A stretch of DNA of 62,792 bases, counting the filler, from Welwitschia mirabilis (taxonomy: Eukaryota): NCBI GenBank assembly GCA_051453625.1. It is 7 parts of one record of this genome, joined end to end, with 100 filler letters (N's around TTAATTAATTAA, not from the genome) between each part and the next. Parts side by side here need not be neighbours in the genome. Positions count along the whole stretch, not along the records: positions 1 to 17,500 come from JBOZIK010000001.1; 6 more parts are not named here. One strand, 5' to 3'. The number at the start of each line of letters is the position of its first letter. Position 1 is the stretch's first letter. The notes under the pieces are model-generated. The model did no database searches. It was not told the DNA's origin and saw only the letters and a program-made list of their open reading frames with translations. A program made the position numbers and the translations under genes. Below are positions 1 to 13,599 of this stretch, one piece after another.

Positions 1-7
1 GGGACTA

Positions 8-1217
8 TGTTGCGATGCCAATTTAGATGTATTTGATAAGGTATTTTGAGTTGTTTTGTAGATAAATTAATAGATAAATGCCTAGTTCCTATGAAAATAG
101 AGAATGTAGAAGCACAAGATGAAAACATGCAGTTTATCAGATATATCATGAACATTTCATATAGATATGGATAAATTGTATTTTCAGATGATTATCCCTG
201 CAAACAATAAGATATCAGACTGACAAAGGATGAATAGAAGACTATCGTCCCCTATGTCGTCCGCACGACAGTTAGGACAACAACACTCATTGAACATATA
301 ACAGACTTCTTTCTAGATAACTTGAAGTTGAACTAAACATCTTCTCGTCAGACATCATCATCCACATCATCATCCAGATGATACTAGTGGACAACACTCC
401 AGGATAATCAATAACAGTTTGCATGAAGATCACAGATAGTTGAACTGAAAGCTAAATAGATAACCTTTTATCAATCCTTATCGTCCCCTCCATCGTCTAG
501 ATGACTATAAGGATGACACTGTCCTCTCATAGTTTTATAGAATGTATTCCCGAGTTGTCTCCTATTATTTGTGACTTTCCCTTGTATGTTAGCTAGAGTT
601 TCTACTTTACCTTTATGTTAGTTTACTTTTCCTTTCTGTCTATAAATAAATGTCTTCCCCTTGATTCCTAACCATCTTCGACAGTACCTGACATTCTCAT
701 GATAGGAGATCTTAGGACTGGAGAACCATCCTGTAATCCAGAGAGACATTACCTTGGTGTTGGGTGGCATATCCTCCATTAAAGAATGACTACTTTGTGA
801 TATAGATGATTTTTACATCTTTAATATGAATTACTATTTTGGTTAATAATTACAGAAACTTATCCCTCATAGTTTATGTTGTTCTAGATTCGTGACAGGT
901 TTTTTTAATTATATAGATTATGAGGGCAGTTTTTGTTAAGGCTGAGCTTGATTAGATTAGGTGCATTACTGTTTCTTTTCATAGATTAGTTTTGCATCGT
1001 TATTTTAATTTCCATGCATTGAAATTTAATTTAATAGATTAATATTACATATTTATTTCTTAAAATCAACTCTTTATTATCTATACCATTGGCCTTCGAT
1101 GGAATTATGACATTCGGACCACTCCGTCTATACTAGTGTGCTGTATTTTGCATCTTATTTATAATTAACAGGATTGAGATCGAAGAGTGAATAATTGCAT
1201 AAATACACACCACAACA
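8..1217 (+). mobile_element. 3' LTR of an Athila-like Ty3/gypsy element whose body lies left of the window
   Basis: Termini are TGTTGCGATG...CACCACAACA. Bases 1-7 (gggacta) match the PPT end seen at other copies (gggggcta|tgttgtgatgc, minus strand at 40102). It is similar to the LTR at ~11239-12331 and has a TATA-like tataaata near 641. Confidence 0.85.
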
Positions 1218-2858
1218 TACCTACTAAAAAAGGAGTTCATTTTATTGAGAGATCATAAGATATTATAATACATTAATAGTTAAGATAAGTTAAGTATAAA
1301 GCAAGTGAAATATAGGAATTTAACTTGTAATCAAGCATACAAGTAAGAAAATGAACAAAGTTGCAAATTCATTAAGTCAAGTAGTATACATGATAAGATT
1401 TTGCAAAGTTAGTATTAAATTATCACATACAGTTCAAACTTCATGGAGGTATTAGAGAAAGTGAAGAATTCATTTGAACACTATGATGATAAGGAATTTC
1501 ATATTTAAGATAACTTGCTTCAGAAGGGTAATAAATTATATATTCCTAGAGGATTATAAAGGAAAAATATCCTTTGAGAGAAGCATCATGGAGACATTGC
1601 TGGATATCATAGGTTGAATAAAGCCCAAGAATTATTAAAGAGAACATACCATTAATGCAAGATGTATAGTCATGTGTAGTGAATGGTGTGAAGTTTCTTT
1701 ACATTTTAAAAAGAAAAGGAAGGATCGACAAATGCAAGATTATGCCTCTTGTTTCTAGTTCTAGAAAAATCATGCAAGACCTAATGATGGCTTTAATCTT
1801 AGAATCATATCATTTGAAGAGTGAACATGATTCAATCATGATGGTAGTAGAGAGATTTAGCAAGATGGTACGTATTGTCCCTTGTACTAAGACAAGCGAT
1901 TCTTCATGAATTACTATATTATTCTTCTAAGAGATTATGCATCTACATAGATTACCAAAGATGATGGTATTAGATCAATATGTAAAATTTATTTCTTATT
2001 TATAAAGGAGTCCATGATTTTTGATGGAAGTAAGTTATAATTTTCTTTAGCATATCATCCACAAATAGATGGATAGATAGAAGTATTGAGTCCCAATATT
2101 AGAAGCTTGCTAAGATGCCTTAGGAAGGTAATCCACATAGATGTGAAGATTACTTACTGCATGAAGAGTTTTATGATAATAATTCAATGAATAAGATTTA
2201 GAAAAGTCATTATTTGAAGTGGTAAAAGAATATCACTTGAAGATACCAGATACGTTACATAATAATTTAGAAATTTTAGCTATAACTATTAAAAGAAAAT
2301 TATAGGACTCCATAAGCATGTGTGGCAAGATTTGAAAACACTAAACTCTAAGGCTAAGGATGCAACAGATAAGGATAGAATAAATACGAAGTTTAAGGAA
2401 GGTCACTTAGTGATGACTTTCCTATAGAAGGAAATATTTTCCATAGGAATACATAATAATTTCAAGTTCTAGAATATTAGTCCATTTAAAATTATGAATA
2501 ATACTTCATCAAATGTATGATAATTAGATATTCTAGAGAATGTGGGTATTTTGCTTGTGTTTAATATTATAGACTTACTGAAGTACCATGGAGAACTTGT
2601 AAAAAATAAAGCTTTAATCATAAAGCTATAAAAGTTAAACCAAGGGAAGTAGAAGGTGGATGAAAGACTAGTGGTTCTTAGAATTTGTGGAAAGAAGAAG
2701 CAAAGGAATATATATGAGAACTACCTAGTTCAAGTACTAGGATATTTCCTATAGCATGTAATTTCAATATCAACATAAAACTACTTGAATATGGGCTATG
2801 GAAGGCTAGCAAAGAACAAAATCCTTTTCTATAATATATGATGTTTAAAAAGGGAATA
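1218..2858 (+). pseudogene. Degenerate CRM-like chromovirus pol (RNase H, integrase, chromodomain-like tail)
   Basis: Manual translation gives YLLKKEFILLRDH and VIKHTSKKMNKVANSLS (RNase H), EKHHGDIAGYH (zinc-finger region), DSIMMVVERFSKMVRIVPCTKTSD (integrase core, ORF 1679-1909), AYHPQIDG, and ENYLVQVLG. There are many stops and frameshifts. Confidence 0.85.
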
Positions 2859-3586
2859 TGATGTGGGATAATTCTTAGGAAAAAAAAAGTGTTTTACAGT
2901 TAGGAGCTTATTTATTAAGGTTTTAGTATGCTTGCATGGAAAATAATATCTAAAACATTTAATTGCAATAAAGGCATGAGGTATAGTTACCATGTAGGCA
3001 TTATTTGTAGTAGCATAAAAAGAATATTAATGAGTGAAATATGTTATATCTAGAAAAATACAAAGGTGTAAGGAATACATTATATTTAGAGGAAATCCAT
3101 GTTTAAATAATATGTTAACCTTATAACATATTTCTAGTGAATTGTATAAGAGGCTAATATTAAGAGGATCTAGTTTTAATAAGAACTCGTATAACTTGAA
3201 GAATACCTCAATGAATTACTTGAAGAAGGGAAAAGTAAGAGATCATAGGATTAAAGCTTGAGAGAAAATCTTATTAGGAAACTTAAGGAGATAGCTCCTA
3301 GTGTAAGATCATGGCTCATTTATATTCTCTCTTGAAGGCTATCAAGAATTAGAGAGATAAAACCTGGGTAGGACTTTGAAGGCCATTATGGAGAAGAGAG
3401 CTTATAGAAGCTCTACTAGTTTGATTCTAGGTTGTAAGTATTATCAATTCTATTTTAGTAATAGAAAGTAATTCGTTCATTAATTAAATAATATATTTTA
3501 TACATATTTCTTTTATTTTTTTTTCCTCTCTAGAAATACAATTCCAAAAGTGCTCTTGTGGTTTTAGTTATGTTCACTCTACATCA
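2859..3586 (+). mobile_element. 3' LTR of the CRM-like element
   Basis: A purine tract (aaaaagggaa) is followed by TGATGT at 2859, and the LTR ends ACATCA at 3586, a perfect 6-bp terminal inverted repeat. TGAT...ATCA termini are typical of CRM elements. Confidence 0.75.
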
Positions 3587-4069
3587 AAAACCTTACTAGT
3601 TAGGCTTAGGAAGAGCATAATAGTTTCATTTCCACTACACAAGTTTAAAATTGAACCTCTATCATGAAAGTTAAATGACTTAACCAACAAGCTAGGACCT
3701 TAGTCCTATATTAATAGATTTTTATTAATGTCATCTAATTATAAAAGAGTATTATTGTGTATTGATACATATGTATCACTACATCCCAAAAACAAATATT
3801 ACATTTCACTATGAAATCAAAAAAAAAACTATATTATAGTTTATTATGAGCTAAAAAAATTATATTAGGATTACTTAATACATATGTATGAATGTCTTGT
3901 AAGTATAAAAATATACTTTATTAAGAAATATAAAACTTTATAATTTATTCTTTGTTTTTACTAGTAATGTATTACACATCTAAGTTGTAATATATTCCAA
4001 ATTATAATTTTGTTTTTCTTTTTATCTTAATAAGTAGAAAATATCCATTGGATAGAAGCACTAATCATA

Positions 4070-7000
4070 TTTGATGGGGCTATGTCCATGCTTATCATCA
4101 TAAGGATTATGTGGGATTTGGTTAGAGCTTTTAATACACCCCTTGATTTGTATAAGGATTTAAACCCTTAATCATAAGAAAATTATTGATCAGACTTAGG
4201 CTTGTAATATTTATAGTTGATACATTTAAAAGATAATAAAATCTAGAATATAATGAAGTTAAGTTCATACATTTAAAAGATAATAAAATTACAAAATGTA
4301 AAGTTTGTTTTATATGTTTAAAAATATTGATAAAATTATGTTTTAAGTTATTAGCAAGTATTACACAAAGTAACTTACTCATGTATCATTTCACATGTTT
4401 TTTATGGTTTCATTTATTGGATTGCATAAGCCTATTTATATTATCATTCCATATGTTTGCATTTCTTGGATTATGTAAGTATATTTAAGGATTCTGGTAC
4501 TTTGTATGAAAACTAGGAATTTTGTTTCATGGGCTTTATATTGTGTTCGTAAGGGCTATGTTTTCTTTGTATCAAAGTACAAGAGATTTATTATTTATAT
4601 TTTGTCATCTTTGTATCAAAGGTAAGGGTTTATTTTCCTTTTGTTTCTTTTGTTGTTTGTATTTTATCATCTTGTTAAGGCATTAACTTTGAAGATAGAG
4701 TTGGATATTTTCATAGAAAATACAGTGACGTGGAGATGGATTTAAAGATTCTAATGAGAAATACAAAGGATGAAGAAAAACAACCTTTAATAGAGAAATG
4801 TCATCTTAGAAGAGAAGGTAAATTGAAAGTAGATCATCTTAGGTAATAAATATATTAAGTAATTTGATAATAGTCCATCTTGGGTAATAAATGTAAAAGA
4901 AAAGATACAAGGCATATTAAAAGAAGTTTATGTTAGGAAATAAAGATAAAAGTAAAGATATATTACTTTTAAAAATATTTAAGGATGCTTAAATCAAATT
5001 TTGAATGTAGCTACAAAAAGTTCTAAAAGTTTTAAATGAGTGGAATAGGTTAAGAAGACAAATTCCATCTTTAAGAAAAACATATTAAGCAAATTGAAAG
5101 TTCTCTTAAATATAAAAGACATGATGTTAAATAGACAAAAAATTAATCTTAGGTGATAAAGGTGAAAGATAGAGATATATTATTTTTTATTACACTTAAT
5201 AAAAAGATCTTAAATGCAAATTCTAAAATATTTAAAATGTTCAAAATTAGAAAACTATTTAGGGTTTTAAGGATTATCAATTATTTAAAATTACTTTAAA
5301 GTGGAAAATCATGAAATGGCATAACTTAAGAGAGTCTCATTTTCAATGTGTCATCTTCATGGTATGATTTCTGCATAGTGGAAAAAAGATATAAGTTAAA
5401 ACATTTAAAGAGGAATATCCCCTCATTTAAGATTGTGTAAGCAAAATCTCATTAGAAAGTTATAAAATCTTAAGCAAGGAGATAAATAAATTAAGGACTA
5501 TATCATAGGTTTTTTTAAGATCACATGGGCTAGTATCATGCATTTAAAGCAAGAAAAGATTACATGATTACTTGATAAATTAATATGTAATGTAGATTTC
5601 CATGAGGAATAGTTTAATGTATTTAATTAGATCATATGCTTACTTGATAAAGTGATATATGGAATCCAATAAGAGTTTAATTTTATGTTTTCTAAATCTT
5701 CTAATGAGTCCTAGAAAATTAAATTAAGGATTAAAATATAAATTAAAAGTACTATAGAGGAAAAAGAAATTATCTGAAAAGGCAAAAGAATTTATCTCAA
5801 AAGATAATTAGGTAGAAATAGTATTATAGAAAAAGATTAAGAGAAAAAATAACTTAAGATACCTAACCAAGTCATAAAGAGCAAAGAGGTATAAGTGTTT
5901 TAGGAGGAGGAAGAAATAGAGAAAATTATGAAGAGGCTTAACATGTATTGAATATTGAGAAAATGAAGACCAAGTAAATGTGTATGCATAAAGATCAAGA
6001 GGATAATGAATTTAAATGAGAAGAGACATCAATAGTCATAAAGAAGATACATCTAGAAATGTAAAAAAAAAATCAAATTCAAGATAATTCATCACTTTAA
6101 AAATACAATTGTAATGTAATAGATACACATTAGGTATTAATTTGATTATGAAAATAGCTTTGTTACAAAAGCATGATAAGATAGCCACATACTGAAATTT
6201 TTTTTAATAATTTTTCTAAATATCAAGGTACAAGATTGTAATAATGAAAGTTTAAATATTCTAATGTCTTATGTAATATTTGAATATTTGTAATTACATA
6301 TCATTACACCCCTTTCTTCATATAGTGCATTTTTAATAAATAATAAATACAATATTATATTTAAAAAATCATGGTAATGTTGTTGTAGTGAAGTGAAGTA
6401 TTATTAAGATGAGAACTTATCATTCTTACTTAGATATCTTAAATATATAATTTACAATGTACTTATAATGAATAGAAGAATAAATATAAAATAGAAATAA
6501 TAAAAAATTGCATAATTTCTTTCCCTTCTAAAAAAAGTTGTAAAATTAATTTCTATGACATGAAAGTAGAATAAATCATTCAACAAGGGAAAAATACATC
6601 TAAGATAACTAGTATTATATAGATAAATACTAAGGTCGAGTTTTAAGAGAGGTATGTTTCTTATCATACAGTGTTGAAGACGTTTCTTTTAAAGAGTTGT
6701 TATGTAGGTTTATTTTTTTCAAAAGGAAACACCAATATATTGATTTAAGTTTAGGAGAATTTTAACCTAATTAATTAGGTTATAAAATATCACACTAGAG
6801 AGAAAAGAAAATATAAGTTAAGCTTTAAGATTTTTTGAATAGGAAGTCAATCTAAGAAATCTTTATTAGCTTGTATTATTTTGATTTTGCTTATTAAAGA
6901 AAACCTAGATTATAATTAAGAATGTATATAGACATAAATCAATATAAAATAATTTTAGGTAAATTTTAATGTCTAAAAAATTAGTTTAAAATTATGTTTT

Positions 7001-8700
7001 TACAAATTTAAACTTTAGGAATGGGTGTTAACTAAATAGGGTTAAAAAAGATGAGAAGTGATAGTCTAAGATCTAAGACTTAAGATGAATTATGTAAATA
7101 ATAAGAGATTTCACTTGGGATTTTAAATAATCCACTTAAATTCATGAGAATGAGAGAAACATTTTTTAAAGATTTTTTCTTTTTTTTTAATTTGTTAGTG
7201 CATATGTAAATAATACATTAGATTTTTAAACATGTTTTATGACTAAAGATAATATTAACTGGGTTAAGACCAATTTTGTTTTTAAATATTTCATTAAACT
7301 CAAATCCAAATGACATATAAATTTAGAGTTAAAACCCTTAAGGTTTCCAATAATGGCAAATTATAAGTTCAAGTTAAAAGTGGCAAATTATGTTCACATT
7401 CTTCATTTATTAAAGATATCTCTTCCAAAACCATAATAAATTTATTGAAAATGGTAAAATAATATATAGTTTGATCTAAAAATCATGTGAAGCTTAAAGT
7501 GTTTTACTTTTTCTTCCTAAATTTTCTAAGATATGTATACTTAATTAATGTTATTAATTTTTAAATGTAAATGCTTATAAAAGAAGTATTTAATAAGATA
7601 TTTTAGTTTAATCATGGCCTTTTTGGAAAGATCTCAAAACTAGGTTAGTTAAACCTTAGAGAAGAGAACTTTACAAGGGAATTGAAGCCAAGGAAATGGA
7701 AAAAAATAGATAGCATAAAGAATGAGAGGGAAACTAATTAAAAGAAAAAATATATTCTCATATAGGACTAGGCCTTATCACTTTGTCAGTCAATCCTATC
7801 ACTACAATTCACTAGATTACCTAAAATAATAAGAATGTATTACTATCTATAATTCAAACCCTATGTAGCACTAAAGCCATAAAAATTATACCATAATAGA
7901 AGTCAAATCTAAGCCATAGGATAATAAGCCAATGAAGGATTCTCCATTACATAAGAAAAATAAAGCCCTCAAAGGCAAGTAATAGGACTAATATCCTTTT
8001 CACTTGAAATAATTTTAAAAAAAAGGAATAATCCTTCTAAAATACTCAATCGATTATTTGTTTGATGATGAACATTTTATAGAGGAAAAATGATATTAAA
8101 GTTTATAAGATAGCTCTAACCTTATTACCAAAATATTCATTTAAAATCTAAAATTTATTTCATTTTGTAATTTTCAAGGATGTGATTTGCTAGCATTAAA
8201 TGCTATCAAAAAGCTTCATCTAGATATATACATAATAATGTTTAAAGAGGATAGACAAATGCAATAAGGAGAAGGAAGAAAATAAACATCATGTTGAAAT
8301 GTATTCAATACCTAGTAGTGAAAATAAGGATCAAAATCTTGTGTGGATTAATTTTCATCTATAGAGTAAGAGAGTACACTAAACATCAAGTCATCACCAT
8401 GTTATTATAAGGTGTTTTATATAGAGTTTTTTGGTTTTTAAATTTTTCTTGTGATTGATTTAGTTTATTTTTACTTTAATGTTTCCCTTTAGCTTTTTTA
8501 ATTCATAAAATTTTTTTTATCATTTTACTTTAAAATTGTTTAAAGCTTTTAGTATCTTTTCTTCTATCTTTTAGTTAACTTGATCCTTTATTAAGTATAG
8601 TACTTTTATATGTGATGGAATTTTATGAGGGTAATATTAACCCATCTTGTAAAACTTTTCATGTTCATAAAATCAACTTATATTTAAAGGGGAAAAATAT
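4070..8700 (+). mobile_element. Very degenerate Ty3/gypsy (possibly non-autonomous CRM-like) remnants
   Basis: Only weak traces remain: a PBS-like tttgtatcaaagg near 4610, a protease-flank-like IKMRTYHS near 6405, and a purine tract followed by TGAT at 8081-8094. Boundaries are uncertain. Confidence 0.3.
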
Positions 8701-9011
8701 TAAAAATTACATAATTTTTAGAAAGACTTTATTTTTACTACTATTAAGTCTCAATTGATGTCAAGCATAAGAAGTAAATACAAAAATATTAATATTAGGT
8801 TATACTACCATTTAAGATTATTATATACTCTTTACCTACCATAAATATGTAGTTTAAATAGTATGGAGAGACATCTTCTTCTTTAGTGAAAAAAACCAAA
8901 GCATTTTGAGGTTAACATTCTAGTGCATAACTTATTAATTAATAATGTATTAGATAAGAAATAGAGAATTATTGTAGGTTCTACTTAATATGTTTTAATA
9001 ACCAAGAATAA

Positions 9012-9600
9012 TATAATGTTCTAATTTACTAAATTAACATTGGACTTACATTTAGTAATAAACATTGAAAATTAAAAAGGATAAGAAAATTAAAACACAT
9101 CAATTAGATAGAATTAAAATATCCCTTTATTAAAATAGCAATAACCTGATCTCTATGCCTTGCTTTATGCTTAGAATAGTGGTACAAAATAGAAATGTAT
9201 ATTATTAATCTTAACATTTCTTTTGACATCCTTGGGGATTAACCAAAGTTATCATCAATCTCATCCACCTAGTATATCCAATCCTATGTAATGCCATAAA
9301 CATATAAACAATACAAAGATACATAATGTTACAAATGCAAATCTTACATCCTTTTATTATAATAATAATAATTATTAACTAAGATTCAACTTAATTTAAT
9401 AATAATCAATTAATTGAAAGTGATGCTAATACATTCCATTGTTCCTTCCTTAATTTCCTTTCTTATTAGGAGTGAAAACCCTCTAGTGAATCGACTACTT
9501 CTACGTACATCCACTAGTTCTCCATCTTTAGTCTCCATTGTTGTTTCTATAAATTCATTGATATGAAGATTAATTAAGGATAAAAAAAAGCACACATACA
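9012..9600 (-). mobile_element. LTR (probably 3') of an old chromovirus-type Ty3 element
   Basis: It aligns by eye with 32949-33360 (shared ttctaatttactaaattaacatt and aattaaaaaggataag). It lies directly downstream of a minus-strand integrase remnant. Confidence 0.6.
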
Positions 9601-10961
9601 ATATATAATTATCCTATTTTTGATTAAGTAAATAAAAAAAATCTCTCTCATAGACTCCTTTTTATCTCATGTATTTTGATTACAATAGGTTGATTTAATG
9701 AACAATTTGATGATGGACTTATTTCAAATGTTCCATTGTAGTTATTTAAGACTTTTTTAGGTAGGATGTTAAAAGAAAGATTTAGTTTTAGTAAAATGTA
9801 TTTATAATCAAGAGTATAATCCTAAACTCTATGAGTATATTATGGTTTTAGAAAATCAACATGAAACACTAGGTGAATTCAATATAACTTTTGTGGTAAC
9901 TGTAGTTTATAAGTTAAGTATCTAATTTGTTACATAATCTTAGATTAAAACAATATCAAAAAAGTAATTTATTATACCTTCCAATATTCAAGAATCTTCT
10001 TTTTGATTTGAATCATAAGAGAACCTGATTTTTCACTTGAAAAGCTCTACTAGTGTATCCTTGTTCATAAAATTTCTTATATCCTTTTTGAGCCACTTGT
10101 AGTAGCATCTTGATCCTATTTTATAATTTCTTTCATAGATTTTACTTTGGAGTTAGTCCTTTCTATCTATCATTTTATAGGGTATAATAATGTTATTAGT
10201 GTAAAATGATTCCTTTTATATATGGCCACAAAAGATGAGACTATATCAATGTCTAAAAGGTTTGGCTATAGGAAAATTCTACTAAATGTAGATAACTCTT
10301 CTAGTTATAGGGTTCAATTGCCACATTACATCTAGGGATATCTTCCAAAGTTTATTTTGCNNNNNNNNNNNNNNNNNNNNNNNNNNNNNNNNNNNNNNNN
10401 NNNNNNNNNNNNNNNNNNNNNNNNNNNNNNNNNNNNNNNNNNNNNNNNNNNNNNNNNNNNTCTAAAAGGTTTGGCTATAGGAAAATTCTACTAAATGTAG
10501 ATAACTCTCCTAGTTATAAGGTTTAATTGCCACATTACATATAGGGATATCTTCCAAAGTTTAGTTTGTCCTCTCTATGTGCCATTAGTTTTAGGATATT
10601 TTGTGATACTAAATTAAAGATTAGTCCCAAGATGATAGAAGAAGCTTTTCAAAATTTTGATAAAAATTTAAGATCTCAAGACAATGATCTATAGTAATCC
10701 ATGTAAACTGAAGATTTATTATGTAAATCATAAGGGTAATTCCTCTCCAATATTAGTACTCTTAAGAAAAATAAAATAAACCATCTTAATAAATCCATTG
10801 ACATAAATAAAAATGGAATTAGGGTATTTATTAGTGAGAGATAATCTTATAATAAAATCCATTATGATTTCTTTTCACTTTTACCTAGGTATGCTAAGGG
10901 GCTTAAGGAGTCCTATTAGTTTTCCTTTTTTACTTTTTACTTATTAATAGACTAGATCATT
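9601..10961 (-). pseudogene. Degenerate Ty3/gypsy integrase
   Basis: Minus-strand IIMDFIIRLS (cf. ISMDFITGLP), VNGFIKMVYF (cf. VDRFSKMAHF) and TLEDIPRCNV...YLHLVEFSYS (cf. TLEDMLRAC...LPLVEFAYN). It is cut at 10962 by an Athila LTR. Confidence 0.7.
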
Positions 10962-11238
10962 TGTTGTAGTATGAATTTATGCAACCTTTAAGTCCTTAGG
11001 TTAAAAACCTGTAAATCACAATACTTATAGAAAGCACATACTAGTATAGATGAGAGTTAACTTGAATGTCATAATACATTGAAAAAACTCAAGTAGAAAT
11101 TATAGAATTGATTTTACAAAGTATTTTAGTCTCTTTTATTTTAATAAATGAAAATAAACAATCATGTAAATGCAATAAAAGATGAATGACAATGAAATGT
11201 AATAGATGAAATTCAAGCATAGTGAATCTATTTAGATT
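10962..11238 (-). mobile_element. Athila-like LTR fragment (3' end)
   Basis: It begins tgttgtagtatgaatttatgc, the reverse complement of the family LTR end gcataaattcatactacaaca. It also contains the family motif cacatactagtatagatgagagtt. Confidence 0.8.
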
Positions 11239-12331
11239 TTTTTTACTACCAACTTACTCATATTTAATAAGGTATTTTGTGTTATTTTATAGGTAAATAG
11301 ATAGGTAAATGATTGGTTTCTATGATAATGGAGAGCTAGAATAAAAATAATGGAAATATAAAATTTCCAAAATAATTTACAAGCATTCTCAACAAATATG
11401 AACACTTTGTATTTCTAAAGATAATTTCCTACAAACATTAAGGATAATGCAATAAATAAAGAATTATTGAAGGCTATCATCCCCCTCATCATCTAGACAA
11501 CTATATGAATAACCATGCCAATTGGATACTAACTAAAGTCTAACTAGTAGCTCATGTGGATTAATTATAAGATGGCATCATTTCCTCTATCATTTGAATG
11601 ATCAGCTGAATACCACTATTGTAACATTCATACTGAACATTCATTAAAATTTTGCCACTTGTATTTCCATTTCCTCTTTGCATGACTGTTACAATTTACC
11701 CTTATATTTTTATCTTTGTTGTTATATATCTTTATTCAATAAATAGAGACCTTCCCTTTGACTCCTACTAGTCTTTGTTTACACCTAAAATTCTTGTGAC
11801 AGAAGGTCAAAGGGCTAGAGATCCATCCTATAGTTTTAGAAAGACATTTCCTTGGTGTTGAGTAGTGTTTCCTCCATTAAGGTGTGGCTACTTTGTAACA
11901 CAGATGTAGTTGAATACTAATACAAAAAATTTTCTTTTTATGCTTTAATATATAAATGTTTCTCTTCCTCATAGCTTATGTTTCTTGAGATTTGGTGATA
12001 ATTTCTCTTGTAACATAGGTTATGAGGGTTACCTTTGCCAAAGTTGAGCTTTATTAGTTTAGGTTAAGTGCATTATTATTTCTTTTGATAGATTAGATTT
12101 ACACAAGTGTGTCTTACTTTTCTTTTATACATTGCAAGTGATTTTTATAGATTAGAATACAAACATTTCTCTTTTTAAACCAACTCTCTTATTTTCTACT
12201 TTGGCCTTTGATAGATTATGTTATTTGAGTTAACTCCCATCTATATTAGTGTGTTAAATTTGTACATTATTATTTGTGATTAACAGGATTCTACTAAGGA
12301 TGTAAATATTGCATAAATATGCATCGCAACA
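11239..12331 (+). mobile_element. 5' LTR of Athila-like element A
   Basis: It is similar along its length to 8-1217, ends gcataaatatgcatcgcaaca, and is followed by a PBS. The 3' part is repeated at 12640-12956 across a 100-N gap. The start is approximate. Confidence 0.85.
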
Positions 12332-12352
12332 TCTTTACATCATTGCTGGGGA
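12332..12352 (+). promoter_or_regulatory. Degenerate primer-binding site, Athila tRNA-Asp type
   Basis: The sequence is tctttacatcattgctgggga, and the second copy near 12957 reads ...catcattgccgggga. Both resemble the Athila PBS TGGCGCCGTTGCCGGGGA with G>A/C>T decay. Confidence 0.7.
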
Positions 12353-13599
12353 AGGCTTCTTGGAGTTTGAGAGTTTTCATTGCTTTGGTAAGTATTTTGG
12401 TTTGGATGCTTGCTACAATAGTAGTGTATTAGTATCTGTAGCAGAGTAGGTTTTCCCTCTTTATAGAATTAGTTTTCTATTTTTCAAATTAAAGTCTGTT
12501 TTTCTATTCTATAATAAAAGTCAATTATCTGCTTCATCANNNNNNNNNNNNNNNNNNNNNNNNNNNNNNNNNNNNNNNNNNNNNNNNNNNNNNNNNNNNN
12601 NNNNNNNNNNNNNNNNNNNNNNNNNNNNNNNNNNNNNNNATAGGTTATGAGGGTAACCTTTGCCAAGGTTGAGCTTTGTTAGTTTAGGTTAACTACATTA
12701 TTATTTCCTTTCCTAGATTATATTTACACAAGTGTGTCTTACTTTTCTTTTATACATTGCAAGTGATTTCTATAGATTAGAATACAAACATTTCTCTTTT
12801 TAAACCAACTCTCTTATTTTCTACTTTGGCCTTTGATAGATTATCTTATTTGAGTCAACTCCCATCTATATTAGTGTGTTATATTTGTACATTAATATTT
12901 GTGATTAACAAGATTCTACTAAGGATGTAAATATTGCATAAATATGCATCGCAACATCATTACATCATTGCCGGGGAAGGCTTCTTGGAGTTTGAGAGTT
13001 TTCATTGCTTTAGTAAGTNNNNNNNNNNATTCTTGCTACAACAGTAGCATATCAGTATTTGTAGCAGAGTAGGTTTTCCCTCTTTATAGAGTCAGTTTTT
13101 TATTTTTCAAATTAAAGTCTATTTTTCTATTCTACAATAAAAGTTAATTATCTGCTTCATCATTCAGATGATGCATGATGATGACAGCCTTTGTGCCATG
13201 AGTTTTATATTTTAGTTTTCTATTAAAATTTTTAGAATTTTGTTCCATTATTTCCTTGGTTATTTAGATGACTCAGGTAGATGACAATCTGTTTTTTGAG
13301 TTTTTTGTTAGAGTCAGTCATTTGTTTCTACTTTTTTCTTTTTGATTTTTTGTGGTTTATGTGTTTCTGTCATCTAGGATATCATCTAGATGATGGTAGG
13401 GATGGCACTTTGCACATTGAAAACTAAGCATAAATGGTTAAATATAGTAAGAAAGAAAAATACTAGAAAAGAGTGGTTGTTGATTATTAAAAATATCAGA
13501 GAAGGTTGATAAATTTAGAAATTTAAATAGGTAAAAACAATGAAGGTACGCAATATTTTAAAATTCTTGCAATTTCCACTTTTATTTCTACAAAGTTTG

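Noticed and set aside
8993..9011. PBS-like sequence (minus strand ttggtattaaaac) beside the 9012 LTR, suggesting a three-LTR tandem element
   Set aside because: The match is poor, it is spaced too far from the LTR end, and no clear gag follows.
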